Assembly: GCA_034171505.1 (NCBI GenBank) | Contig: JAXFGC010000006.1 | Span: 11,382 to 75,381 of the forward strand | Length of the DNA: 64,000 nt | Direction of reading: 5' to 3' | DNA from: Candidatus Enteromonas sp. | GTDB taxonomy: Bacteria > Bacillota_I > Bacilli_A > RFN20 > CAG-826 | In this document: positions 34,306 to 43,019 of the stretch, piece after piece | Position numbering within the stretch: position 1 is the stretch's first letter | Layout of the letters: every line of letters begins with the position of its first letter | Program-made: the position numbers and the translations under genes | The notes under the pieces: model-generated | Seen by the model: only the letters and a program-made list of their open reading frames with translations | Databases searched by the model: none | Told to the model about the DNA's origin: nothing

Positions 34306-34683
34306 CTAGACTAAAAAGAAGCCGACAATTATGGGAATTAAGCCAAAAATCAACCAAGGAATAACAAAAATTCCTGCTTTTTGACGGTTTTCCGTCTTTG
34401 CCTCGTGATAAGCGTAGTAATCCGGATACTTGTCGGAAGAGTTGGTGTAGTTCGGATTCATGTGTTTGAAGATGCTGCGAAATCCGTAAACGATGAAATC
34501 AAATGACCCGAAATGGGCGAGTAAAACAAGCAACCCCGATCCAATGGTCATCGCCCCAGCGAAGAAGAGGGCGTTGCCCCATCCAAACTGGGAATAGTCC
34601 CCTTTTATAAAGAAAAACAGGCAAAACATGCCGATGGCGATGAGGGGATAAACGATAAGGGAAATCCAATAACTTTTTTTCAC
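34306..34683 (-). CDS. DUF3899-like small membrane protein
   Basis: Three to four TM segments, with GSFDFIVYGFRSIFKHM between them. The track's TTG start (34722) lies inside the upstream terminator's U-tract, so I prefer GTG 34683 (MKKSYWISL). The start remains uncertain. Confidence 0.6.
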   Translation of the reverse strand: MKKSYWISLIVYPLIAIGMFCLFFFIKGDYSQFGWGNALFFAGAMTIGSGLLVLLAHFGSFDFIVYGFRSIFKHMNPNYTNSSDKYPDYYAYHEAKTENRQKAGIFVIPWLIFGLIPIIVGFFLV

Positions 34684-34711
34684 ACGGGTATTGTTTGGGG
34701 GAAAAAGAAAA

Positions 34712-34746
34712 AATGCAATCAAAAAGAGCCAGGGCGACCTGGCTCT
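34712..34746 (-). terminator. Rho-independent terminator after the PIN/FtsK-gamma gene
   Basis: On the minus strand: AGAGCCAGG-TCGC-CCTGGCTCT (9 bp), followed by TTTTTGATTGCATTTTTT. Confidence 0.8.
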
Positions 34747-34751
34747 AGGGA

Positions 34752-36749
34752 TTATTTGCGGCGGAGTTTACCGAGCGCGGTTTTGTTGAGGGTGACTTTT
34801 CGCTTTTCCGTGGGGGTCAACGCTCCATAGAGAGCGACTTGGCGTTCAATGGCGGTGTTGATTTGCTCTTTGGTGGCATTGGGGTCATCGAGCAAGGCTT
34901 GAAGCTTAGCCTCTCCTTGGAAAGCGGCGCTTAATGCGGGGCTCTGAGCGGGTTGGGCTTTCGGGCCATTCTCTTTCTTGGGTGAGGAAGAGGGCTTGGT
35001 GCCCACCTTCTTTTGGGTTTTTGGTTTGTCCGACTTCGAATTCGTCGCATCGGGTTTGGAGGGTTCAGCCTTCTTCTTCGCGCGCACGCCATTCTTATTC
35101 GTAGAAGCGGGTTTGGCAACCTCTTCCGTCGGCTTATCCGAAACGGGTTCCTTCTTGGCGGCCTTTCCTTTGGCGGGTTTTACCTGCGCGGGAGATTCCT
35201 TGACAGGTTTCTCCTCGACGGGACGAAGGACCAAGAAACCGCTCGAATCGGTTGGCTTGTCAGCAATAACCCCATCTTGATGGAAACGGGTCATGACTTT
35301 GGCGGCGCGGACGCTTCCCAAGCCGAATTCCTTTTGAATATAGGGCTTCGTGACGTAAGGGATGTTCCGTTTGAAGATTTCCTCTTTGATGTGTTGGTAA
35401 CCTTCTTCCGTGAGGATTTCCGGAGCGGGTCCAGGGGTCTTTTTGGCCTTTTCAGCGCTCGGTTCGGAGCGTCCAACAATGCGGAAGCCCTTCGGACCCG
35501 AGTTTTGGGACTCAATGATGTTCTCCTCTTTGAAGCGGTTCATGACCTTGGTGGCACGATTCATGCCAATGGAGTAACGGTTGCGAAGGTAGGAATAAGT
35601 GACATAGTAGATATCCTTAATCCCTAAGAAATCCTCACGGATTTGTTGATAAAGGGCCTCTTCATCGGGTCCCGCGGGAGCATCTTTAGCTTCTTTGGCC
35701 GGAATGACCTCCGGTTCTTTTGGGGGATTTGGGACGGCTTTCGGTTTCACGGGACTCGTTTTCGGAGTGATGGAGACCGAGGCGCGATATCCTTTGGAGA
35801 GCGTTTCCACAAGGATTGTCATGTCCCGATAGCGGAAGGAAACAACGATTTTCTCCTTCAATTGGGCGCTGCAATTTTCGAGGATGCGTTCCAAATCATC
35901 GCTCGTCACATCCAAGGGTCCATGGAATTGGGCTTGGTAAGGGATGGTTGGATAACGGAACATGATATCCACTAAAGAAGCGGCTCCTTGAATGGCGGCG
36001 TCCAAGGAATTGCTCGTGAAATACAGTTTGTTGTTCGTCTTGACCACCGGGGAATCGGGTTCGGTTGCAGACGGGGTTGGGGTTGCTGCCACATCCGGTT
36101 TCTTTTCCGGAACGACCTCCGCTAGTTTTGGCATTTTGACGGGATCCTTCCCCGTCCCGCCTTTCTTTTGGGCCGACTTTCCGTTTTCAGACGAAGCAGT
36201 CGATTCGGTTTTTGGTTTCTCTGAGAAAGTAGTTTCACCGCGGTTGATGACCAATTCGCCCGTGTCCTTTGCAAAACGATAAACCTGAACCGGACGTCCC
36301 TTTTGGGACATCAGGCGATTCAGGGAAATCAGGTCACTGGCAAGTTTTTTGTCTTGCGTGATTACAAGAATTTTTTGGTTGAGACGATCAAGAGAAACTT
36401 TGACGTAAATGGCGTTATCAGCGAAATTCTTTTCAGATTTCTTTTGTTTTTTCAGGATTTTGAGCAACTTTTGCCATTTTGCGTGCCGAATAATTTTCAG
36501 TGCCCTTTTCGTGGACGCATAACGATCAAACTCTCTTTTGTCGCGTGCAAGCTTTTGCAGTTCGCCAATGCTTTCTTGGTGAACGTAAATGTTGCACTTC
36601 GTTCCAGACAAATATTCTCGTGCAAGCACAAGACGGTCCATCCAGACCGGGAAAGAACTTTCCATCAGAGAACAGGTGTCGATGATTACGTAGTCGAAGT
36701 CGAGAAGGAACTTCGCTAACTCCACCGCTTTGTTCTCGTTGGTGTACAT
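34752..36749 (-). CDS. Hypothetical multidomain protein: N-terminal PIN-like domain, a central unknown domain, two tandem FtsK-gamma-like winged-helix domains, and a K/P/S-rich disordered tail
   Basis: PIN-like YVIIDTCSL and ILVITQDKKLASDL. The gamma-like repeats are LYQQIRE..VTYSYLRNRYSIGMNRATKVMNRFKEENIIE..GPKGFRIV and GYQHIKE..VTKPYIQKEFGLGSVRAAKVMTRFHQDGVIA..SSGFLVL. There is no P-loop and no TM segment. I trimmed the start to ATG 36749 (GGAGG SD). Confidence 0.6.
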   Translation of the reverse strand: MYTNENKAVELAKFLLDFDYVIIDTCSLMESSFPVWMDRLVLAREYLSGTKCNIYVHQESIGELQKLARDKREFDRYASTKRALKIIRHAKWQKLLKILKKQKKSEKNFADNAIYVKVSLDRLNQKILVITQDKKLASDLISLNRLMSQKGRPVQVYRFAKDTGELVINRGETTFSEKPKTESTASSENGKSAQKKGGTGKDPVKMPKLAEVVPEKKPDVAATPTPSATEPDSPVVKTNNKLYFTSNSLDAAIQGAASLVDIMFRYPTIPYQAQFHGPLDVTSDDLERILENCSAQLKEKIVVSFRYRDMTILVETLSKGYRASVSITPKTSPVKPKAVPNPPKEPEVIPAKEAKDAPAGPDEEALYQQIREDFLGIKDIYYVTYSYLRNRYSIGMNRATKVMNRFKEENIIESQNSGPKGFRIVGRSEPSAEKAKKTPGPAPEILTEEGYQHIKEEIFKRNIPYVTKPYIQKEFGLGSVRAAKVMTRFHQDGVIADKPTDSSGFLVLRPVEEKPVKESPAQVKPAKGKAAKKEPVSDKPTEEVAKPASTNKNGVRAKKKAEPSKPDATNSKSDKPKTQKKVGTKPSSSPKKENGPKAQPAQSPALSAAFQGEAKLQALLDDPNATKEQINTAIERQVALYGALTPTEKRKVTLNKTALGKLRRK

Positions 36750-36846
36750 GCTTTTTGTTTTACCTCCTAGCGCGAACATTATATCGGAAAGAGGGAGCAG
36801 GAAAAGACACCAAATCATTCTTCGGTGGTTTTCTCCCGTTCACAGA

Positions 36847-37875
36847 CTACTCCCCAAGGAAATAGGAGAAAGCACTCGGAATGGAAATTCGTTGTTTTCT
36901 ATCTTCCATAGATATAAAGGAAGAGTTATCCGTTTGTCCTTTCAAAATGGCACGATACCCCACCATGTCCCAAATCTTATGAGAAAAGACATGTTCCGCA
37001 TGCCCAATTTCTTCAAAAGAAGCGAGAACGTACCCCGAATTCATCAAGAATTCACGAACTTCTTCTTCCGATAAATGGCCCGAGAGGTTGATGGGTTCGT
37101 ATAAACTGGCAAGCAAGCCATGACTTGGGCGTTTTTGAAGGAAAAGACGGTCTCCGGAATATAGCAAAACGATGGTTCGTTCTTCTCTTTTCTTCGGCGT
37201 GGGCTTTCTTGGGGAAGGAAAATCATTTTCCCTACCCAACAAATGAGCTTTGCAAAGGCCTTTGAAGGGACATTCCGAACATAATGGGGTGCCATTCGGA
37301 AGACAGATCGTTTGACCGATGTCCATGAGGCCTTGGTTGAAAATTGAAGGGTCAATATCCATCAAAGATCGATATACGTTCTCCATCTTTTTTCGTAAAG
37401 ATGCCGTTTTTATGTCGACGTCTTCTGCATATAGTCGGGCATAAATGCGAACGAGATTACCATCAAGCGCGACCTCTTTTTGATGAAAAGCGATGGATGC
37501 TATCGCAGCGCTTACATAAGGGCCGATTCCGGGGAGTTCAGCGAGTTTTTCCCGCGAAGAGGGAAGTTCGCCGCCATATCGTTCCACGATAATTCTCGCT
37601 GCTTTAAGGATATTCCTCGCGCGAGAGTAATATCCCAAACCTTCCCAAAGTTTCAAAAGGACTTCTTCGGAGGCGTTAGCCAAATCAAAAACGCTCGGAA
37701 GGGCGTCCATAAAACGAAGGTAATACCCTTTGACCGTTTCTACCCGAGTTTGTTGGAGCATAATTTCGCTGATCCAAACGTGATATGGGGTAGGATCAAC
37801 TCGCCAGGGCAAAACACGAGGGTTATTTTCGTAATATCGTTGAAGCAGCCGACCAAAAGAATCCATGAACAACAT
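36847..37875 (-). CDS. mutY: A/G-specific adenine DNA glycosylase
   Basis: LPWR...PYHVWISEIMLQQT, HhH-GPD LPGIGPYVSAAI, Fe-S loop CLPNGTPLCSECPFKGLC, and a C-terminal NUDIX-like domain. I trimmed the start to ATG 37875 (37866 is an alternative). Confidence 0.9.
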   Translation of the reverse strand: MLFMDSFGRLLQRYYENNPRVLPWRVDPTPYHVWISEIMLQQTRVETVKGYYLRFMDALPSVFDLANASEEVLLKLWEGLGYYSRARNILKAARIIVERYGGELPSSREKLAELPGIGPYVSAAIASIAFHQKEVALDGNLVRIYARLYAEDVDIKTASLRKKMENVYRSLMDIDPSIFNQGLMDIGQTICLPNGTPLCSECPFKGLCKAHLLGRENDFPSPRKPTPKKREERTIVLLYSGDRLFLQKRPSHGLLASLYEPINLSGHLSEEEVREFLMNSGYVLASFEEIGHAEHVFSHKIWDMVGYRAILKGQTDNSSFISMEDRKQRISIPSAFSYFLGE

Positions 37876-37958
37876 TATAAGCAAAACTTTGTTTGGGGGC
37901 TTTTCTTCTCCTTTGTCCGCGATAAAATTTCCTTGGGACGGGGAGAAAGACCTCATGA

Positions 37959-39275
37959 ATGAAAATACCAGTGATTGCTCTTTCGAGCATCCTTCTTTGC
38001 GCTTGCGCATATCCTCATCCAGTCTCTTCTAATGACGCTTCCTCCCAAAGCGAATCCTCTTCCCTTTCGGAAACGGAACCCATCGAAGTAGAACGCGATG
38101 ATACTCTTCGTTATTGGTGGTTAACCCTCTCTTCGAACAACGGGAAACTCATCGTCGATGAAGAAACGGCTTTTTGGTTTTATTCCTCATGTTTTTATGA
38201 AGAAGGAACCCAAAAGGGAGAAATATCCCTTCCGAATCAAGGAACCTTCGAGTTTGAATGGATGGACCGCGACCTCATTTTTGGCGATTTCGTGGGATTT
38301 GAAAGCGTTCATTCCACTTTTTCATTAACTCGTCTTGCCTCCGCGGCAATCAATTCGTTTACCTATTACGACGGGAAAGCCATACTTACGAACCCCTATT
38401 CTGAATTCCCCGAGATTTGGTTCTCCATGATCGGGGAAGTTCGCGACATCGCGACCCTCAAAAACTTTGAAATCCGTCCGGGTTACAGCGAGTTCTTCAT
38501 CAGTTATTCCTTTTATGAACAAGACGAAAACCAACCGTCCATCTCCGCGAGAATTTCTTCCATTGGAAAAGTTTATGAAGAGGTGATCAAAAACACTTTG
38601 GATTATCCTCCAACAATTCCGAATAGAACCGAATTCGACGAGAACATCCAATCGTTTATCACGGAAAAGACGGGGGACGCCCATGCGATCCCCTTCCCGG
38701 CGGGAGCCACTTTTGCATTCTCCGACAAGATGGAAAACAAGCAAGTCCAAATCAAAAGTTTTGGAACGAATCTACTTCCGAATTATCGAGAGAATTTATT
38801 AGGAAACGGATTCACTTTAGGAAAAGACGGTTTATACACAAAAACCTTTCGGATGGAGAACAAAACCAATCAGGCGGTGGTTTTTCTTCATAACCAAAAT
38901 GAGGTCGAGATTATTGAATTTGCCCTTGGGATGATGGTTCAAGATAGCGAGAACTTGTTCCTCCTAAACCAGCCGTTAAACACCTTGTTTCTCCCGACCT
39001 TCCCCGAGAGCGTTTTCATCACCCATGTGTATCTTGTGGAAATCGAGCCCGATGAAGTCCATTGCGTGCTCGTTTTTTCCGAAGAAGCCAACGCGCGTGA
39101 ATACATATCCGAGATCTATCATCCGGCTTTAACAAAGGCAAATTATTCCCTAGAAAGTGAAGGGGATGGGGCATTTTATCGAGAGTATTCCTATTTTCAG
39201 CAAAGGCTTTCCATCACCCCGGGAGGCCGAGGGAACGAATACGGGTATCCCGTCACTTTCCTCTTTTTTCGTTGA
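37959..39275 (+). CDS. Hypothetical lipoprotein (438 aa)
   Basis: Signal peptide with a Cys-containing lipobox-like MKIPVIALSSILLCACAY, then an S-rich linker. No family recognised. Confidence 0.6.
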   Translation: MKIPVIALSSILLCACAYPHPVSSNDASSQSESSSLSETEPIEVERDDTLRYWWLTLSSNNGKLIVDEETAFWFYSSCFYEEGTQKGEISLPNQGTFEFEWMDRDLIFGDFVGFESVHSTFSLTRLASAAINSFTYYDGKAILTNPYSEFPEIWFSMIGEVRDIATLKNFEIRPGYSEFFISYSFYEQDENQPSISARISSIGKVYEEVIKNTLDYPPTIPNRTEFDENIQSFITEKTGDAHAIPFPAGATFAFSDKMENKQVQIKSFGTNLLPNYRENLLGNGFTLGKDGLYTKTFRMENKTNQAVVFLHNQNEVEIIEFALGMMVQDSENLFLLNQPLNTLFLPTFPESVFITHVYLVEIEPDEVHCVLVFSEEANAREYISEIYHPALTKANYSLESEGDGAFYREYSYFQQRLSITPGGRGNEYGYPVTFLFFR

Positions 39276-39300
39276 GTTCTACCCTCCCTTTTGCTATAGT
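39272..39300 (+). promoter_or_regulatory. Promoter of the riboswitch-VUT transcription unit
   Basis: TTGAGT-N17-TATAGT, overlapping the stop codon of the lipoprotein gene. Confidence 0.55.
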
Positions 39301-39318
39301 CACCGCGGAGAAATCTCC

Positions 39319-39360
39319 CGACAGTTCGCTGTTACCATCCTGTCGTTAAACAAAACCAGG
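39319..39360 (+). promoter_or_regulatory. preQ1 class I-like riboswitch aptamer
   Basis: P1 is CGACAG/CUGUCG, enclosing a loop that starts UUC. An A-rich tail UUAAACAAAACCAGG follows, almost identical to the tail of the Thermoanaerobacter preQ1-I aptamer (UUAACAAAACAAGG). It sits upstream of a VUT/YhhQ-family transporter. Confidence 0.55.
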
Positions 39361-39377
39361 AACGGAGTGAGCATTCA

Positions 39378-39408
39378 GGCGCCTCATGTTCTTGGGGCGC
39401 CCTTTTTA
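39378..39408 (+). terminator. Candidate riboswitch expression-platform terminator
   Basis: GGCGCC-12 nt-GGGCGCC followed by CUUUUUAU, about 45 nt before the transporter's SD (AAAGGAG). Confidence 0.5.
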
Positions 39409-39454
39409 TGCCCCAAAGAGGATCCTCGTTCGCGATTCCTGGAAAGGAGTCCGG

Positions 39455-40210
39455 ATGTCCCATCGATTCATTTCGTTCATCAAAAGAGAACACCACGAAA
39501 ACAAGCTACTCTTCCACAGCATCCCCGCGATGACCGTGGTCTTTTTCGTCGTATCTGTCGTAGGAATGAACCTGCTCGCAAACAAATCCATCAATTTCCC
39601 CGCGGATTGGTTGGCCTTGGACGCGGGCACGTTACTTTCCTGGATGTGTTTCCTAAGCATGGACGTCATCACCAAACATTTCGGTCCCAAAGCAGCGAAC
39701 AAAGTCGCGATTTTTGCTCTTTCCACCAATCTTTTAATGTGTCTTCTTTTCTTCCTCGCCTCCGTTATTCCCGGAGTATGGGGAGAGTCGTTCGTGGAGG
39801 GCAGCGAATCCATCATTAACAACGCGCTTGACCGTACATTTGGAGGACAATGGTACGTGATTTTCGGCAGCAGCGTCGCCTTCATTGCATCGGCCTTTGT
39901 CAACAATTTTCTCTCTTGGGGCATTGGCAAATTATTCCATAAAGACGGCCGTCTCGCCTTCTATGTTCGCAGCTACGTTTCGACGGGAATCGGCCAATTC
40001 GTCGACAACCTTTTGTTCGCCTTAATCGTTTCCCTCAACTTCTTTGGTTGGACAATTACTCAGGTCTTCGTCTGCGCTGCCACAGGCATGCTGGTCGAAT
40101 TGCTTTTGGAGGTTATTTTCTCCCCGCTTGGGTATTATGTAAGTCGAAAATGGAAAGCGGATAACGTCGGAAGTGAGTATCTTGCTTTCGTTCAAAAGGA
40201 GGCCAAATGA
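39455..40210 (+). CDS. VUT family (YhhQ/COG1738-like) queuosine-precursor transporter
   Basis: Polytopic, with LDAGTLLSWMCFLSMDVITKHFGPKAANK, SSVAFIASAFVNNF and RSYVSTGIGQFVDNLLFALIV matching the YhhQ pattern. I trimmed the start to ATG 39455, which has AAAGGAG 6 nt upstream. Confidence 0.8.
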   Translation: MSHRFISFIKREHHENKLLFHSIPAMTVVFFVVSVVGMNLLANKSINFPADWLALDAGTLLSWMCFLSMDVITKHFGPKAANKVAIFALSTNLLMCLLFFLASVIPGVWGESFVEGSESIINNALDRTFGGQWYVIFGSSVAFIASAFVNNFLSWGIGKLFHKDGRLAFYVRSYVSTGIGQFVDNLLFALIVSLNFFGWTITQVFVCAATGMLVELLLEVIFSPLGYYVSRKWKADNVGSEYLAFVQKEAK

Positions 40211-40851
40211 ATATTCTTATCACGGGCACGAGCCTTGGAATCGGCAAGGCGATCGCTGAAAAGTTCCTTCGCGAAGGACACGAAGTCTATGGAATCGACA
40301 TCTTGCCCTCTTCCCTTAATGACAAACATTACCATCATTTTCGGGGAGATATCCGTTCCATCGAACTTCCCAAAATTGAACCTTTGCACATCCTCATCAA
40401 CAACGCGGGAGTCCAAGATAACGACCCCATTGATGTGAATTTGAGAGGAACCATCCGCGTGACAGAAGAATACGTGAACCAATCGTCGATCAAAAGCATT
40501 CTCTTCGTTGCTTCCTCCAGCGCCTCCACGGGAGCGGAGTTTCCCGAATACGCGGCATCCAAAGGCGGGATGCTCGCCTACATGAAAAACGTCGCTTCCA
40601 GAGTCGCCCCTTTTGGAGCAACCTGCAACAGCATCTCCCCGGGCGGAGTCAAAACCGCCTTGAACCAACATATCCTCGACGATCCAAAACTTTACGAGGA
40701 AGTCCTTAATGAGACCATGCTCCACGCCTGGGCGGAACCAGAAGAAATCGCGGAATGGGCTTATTTCTTAACGGTCATCAACCGTTCCATGACCGCTCAA
40801 GACGTTCTCGTGGACAACGGAGAAGCCGCGAAATTCCACTTCGTGTGGTAG
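40207..40851 (+). CDS. Short-chain dehydrogenase/reductase (SDR) family oxidoreductase
   Basis: TGTSLGIGKAIA (TGxxxGxG), NNAG, YAASK (YxxxK). ATGA-type overlap with the transporter gene. Confidence 0.85.
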   Translation: MNILITGTSLGIGKAIAEKFLREGHEVYGIDILPSSLNDKHYHHFRGDIRSIELPKIEPLHILINNAGVQDNDPIDVNLRGTIRVTEEYVNQSSIKSILFVASSSASTGAEFPEYAASKGGMLAYMKNVASRVAPFGATCNSISPGGVKTALNQHILDDPKLYEEVLNETMLHAWAEPEEIAEWAYFLTVINRSMTAQDVLVDNGEAAKFHFVW

Positions 40852-40918
40852 CCCAATCAATCTGACTTGTTGAAAACCTTTTCCCAAAAAGGATATGTGT
40901 CCTTAACTTGGGTGCTGT

Positions 40919-40954
40919 TAACGAAAAACGCCGAAGCGTTAAGGCTCCGGCGTT
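40919..40954 (-). terminator. Terminator after the 189-aa membrane-protein gene
   Basis: AACGCCG-14 nt-CGGCGTT, followed on the minus strand by TTTTCGTT. Confidence 0.5.
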
Positions 40955-40973
40955 ACGAAAAGAGAGAAAGAGA

Positions 40974-41543
40974 TTATTTCTTATTGTAGGCAAGAACGGC
41001 GGATCCCCCAGCAGAGATGCCAGAGAGAAGACCGAAGACGGCCGGACCAGCAACGCCATACATCGGGGCATATTTGCAGGTCTCTAACATGGATTTGACA
41101 TCATCCATCGTCACGGATTCGTCGGTGGCCGCGTAAACCAAGGAGTTACGAGCGGCAAAGAAGAGAATGCCTCCAGCAATAAGAAGGACGGCAGCGCCAA
41201 CCATGACGTAACCGGAGCATTTGATTTTCTTGTACGCCAAGAAAGCGGCGGCGCCAACCGCGAGGAGGCCGAGAACAATGGCGATCCACCCAATGAGAGG
41301 GACGACCGCTGCACGGACACCCTTTATGTATTCGGTGCCATGGCCGACGAGCGTGCGACCAGTGGTTCCGCCAAACAGAAGGCCAAAAGCCGACCCAACC
41401 TCAATGGTCGTGGAAACGGTGATCCCCGCAATGGTTTCGCTATAGTTAAGCGTGTAGGCCATGGCAAACGGAGAGAGTATCGCAACGAGTGCGAGCGCCA
41501 TCGCCACGAGACCAAGAATCTCACTAATTTTGATTTTCTTCAT
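40974..41543 (-). CDS. Hypothetical membrane protein (189 aa, ~4-5 TM)
   Basis: G/A/L-rich hydrophobic segments and an MKKIKISEILGLVAMALALVAIL N-terminus. No family recognised. Confidence 0.6.
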   Translation of the reverse strand: MKKIKISEILGLVAMALALVAILSPFAMAYTLNYSETIAGITVSTTIEVGSAFGLLFGGTTGRTLVGHGTEYIKGVRAAVVPLIGWIAIVLGLLAVGAAAFLAYKKIKCSGYVMVGAAVLLIAGGILFFAARNSLVYAATDESVTMDDVKSMLETCKYAPMYGVAGPAVFGLLSGISAGGSAVLAYNKK

Positions 41544-41653
41544 TTTCGATTAATGCGCAAATGCGCTTCCTTTCTTCCCTAATGTTATCAAAAAGATACA
41601 AATTTGGAAGCATAAATTTTCTTTGTTTATACGCAGTTTTTTGAATATGAAAT

Positions 41654-42817
41654 CTACTTATTTTCGTCTTCGGCGAGAACTTGGCGAAGAAGGCGGGTCA
41701 TGGGGCCAGTTCCGTAATTGAGGGTTTGGGTCGCCATCACATAACAAATGCCATTCTTCGGATCGACCTTAATGTAAGTCCCTAAAGCCCCGTCCCATCC
41801 AAATTCGCCTTTCGCGACAATATGGTTTGCTTTCGGATCGTCCAGCTTAATTCGAAGCAAATTCGCATAGCGATATCCGGGCAGTTCCTTCCAGGGAAGA
41901 ACTCCAACGCTTTCGTAATAATCCGGGTTCACCCAACGCTCGAAGGTGTCGGGAGCGACCAAACCCTCGCCTTTGTTCAATAAACATTGGGCAAAACGCA
42001 GCATGTCATCGAGCGTGCTAAACAAACCCGCACCGCCGAAACAACAAGAGTTGTGGCGACCATCATCCGAAATTCCAAGATGGAATCCCTTTTGCGGAAT
42101 CAAGCCTTCTGGGGTTTTCGCGTATGCGGTTGCAACCCGATGTCTTTTTTCTTCCGGGACTTCAAATCCCGTATCCTTCAAACCAAGGGGCTTGAAAATC
42201 ATTCGATCAAAGATTTTATCGAGGGATTCTCCATAAGCGACTTCCAAGACAGCACCCAATACATCCGCGGAGATGCTATAACGGAACTCGCTCCCCGGGT
42301 CGGCACATAAAGGCACCTTACCGAGTTCAAGAGCGAGGTCCACCGCGGTCATTGGATGCTCGCTCAAAAGAGTCTCCTCAATCTTGTACAACAATTCACC
42401 GCATTTTCTTCCTGTAAGGATGGAGCCATCGGGATATGATAGACCCGAACGCATCATCAAGAGATCTTGGACCAGCAAATCCCGTTTTGCAGGACGAATG
42501 GACTCACCATCTTCCACCAGTGGATTCGCGAACGTCGGAAGGAAATCCTTCACGGGTTGATCCAAACGGATCTTTCCTTGTTCGCAGGCAATCATCGCGG
42601 CGAACGAAGTGAAAATTTTCGTACAACTGAAAATACGGAAAACGGTCTCACGGGAGATGGGCAAACGCTTCTCGATGTTTTGGTACCCCGCCTGCCAATA
42701 TTGGGTTCCTCCCTTGCCGGAAATTAGGATCGAATAACAGGGGAGCTCCGAGGATGCCGCGGCATCGTCAATTAACTTTTGAACTTTTTCGGTGATATTT
42801 TTGGAATAAAGACTCAT
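41654..42817 (-). CDS. Serine hydrolase (beta-lactamase/transpeptidase-like, class C family)
   Basis: S-x-x-K motif FSCTKIFTS near the N-terminus, with length and pattern typical of AmpC-like esterases. Confidence 0.8.
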   Translation of the reverse strand: MSLYSKNITEKVQKLIDDAAASSELPCYSILISGKGGTQYWQAGYQNIEKRLPISRETVFRIFSCTKIFTSFAAMIACEQGKIRLDQPVKDFLPTFANPLVEDGESIRPAKRDLLVQDLLMMRSGLSYPDGSILTGRKCGELLYKIEETLLSEHPMTAVDLALELGKVPLCADPGSEFRYSISADVLGAVLEVAYGESLDKIFDRMIFKPLGLKDTGFEVPEEKRHRVATAYAKTPEGLIPQKGFHLGISDDGRHNSCCFGGAGLFSTLDDMLRFAQCLLNKGEGLVAPDTFERWVNPDYYESVGVLPWKELPGYRYANLLRIKLDDPKANHIVAKGEFGWDGALGTYIKVDPKNGICYVMATQTLNYGTGPMTRLLRQVLAEDENK

Positions 42818-43019
42818 GGGAAAAGTTTAGGAGTTTTCCTTGAAAAGAAAAAGCAAAATGAAGCCGAATTTTCTTAACAAATTTCTGGATCGAAATGACC
42901 AAAAAACCAAAAAGAAAGGGGGCATCTATGCGATTTCAACATTTTCCTATATTTGTTTCTACAAAACCCAATAGGAAAGAGAGCAGTTTTCCCCTACAAT
43001 AATCCCCAGGAATTCCATT

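Noticed and set aside
41550-41570. The ATGCGCAAATGCGC motif upstream of the 189-aa membrane-protein gene as an operator.
   Set aside because: It is only a 5-bp stem with a 2-nt loop, or equivalently a 6-nt direct repeat. That is too short to separate from chance without further copies.
42858-42974. A 38-codon ORF (MKPNFLNKFLDRNDQKTKKKGGIYAISTF...) in the 202-bp divergent spacer between the serine hydrolase and the flavin-reductase-like gene; the spacer was also considered as a riboswitch.
   Set aside because: It has no SD and no recognisable peptide features. The spacer lacks conserved riboswitch cores such as FMN. Only a weak TAGGAA-N17-TACAAT promoter candidate is visible.
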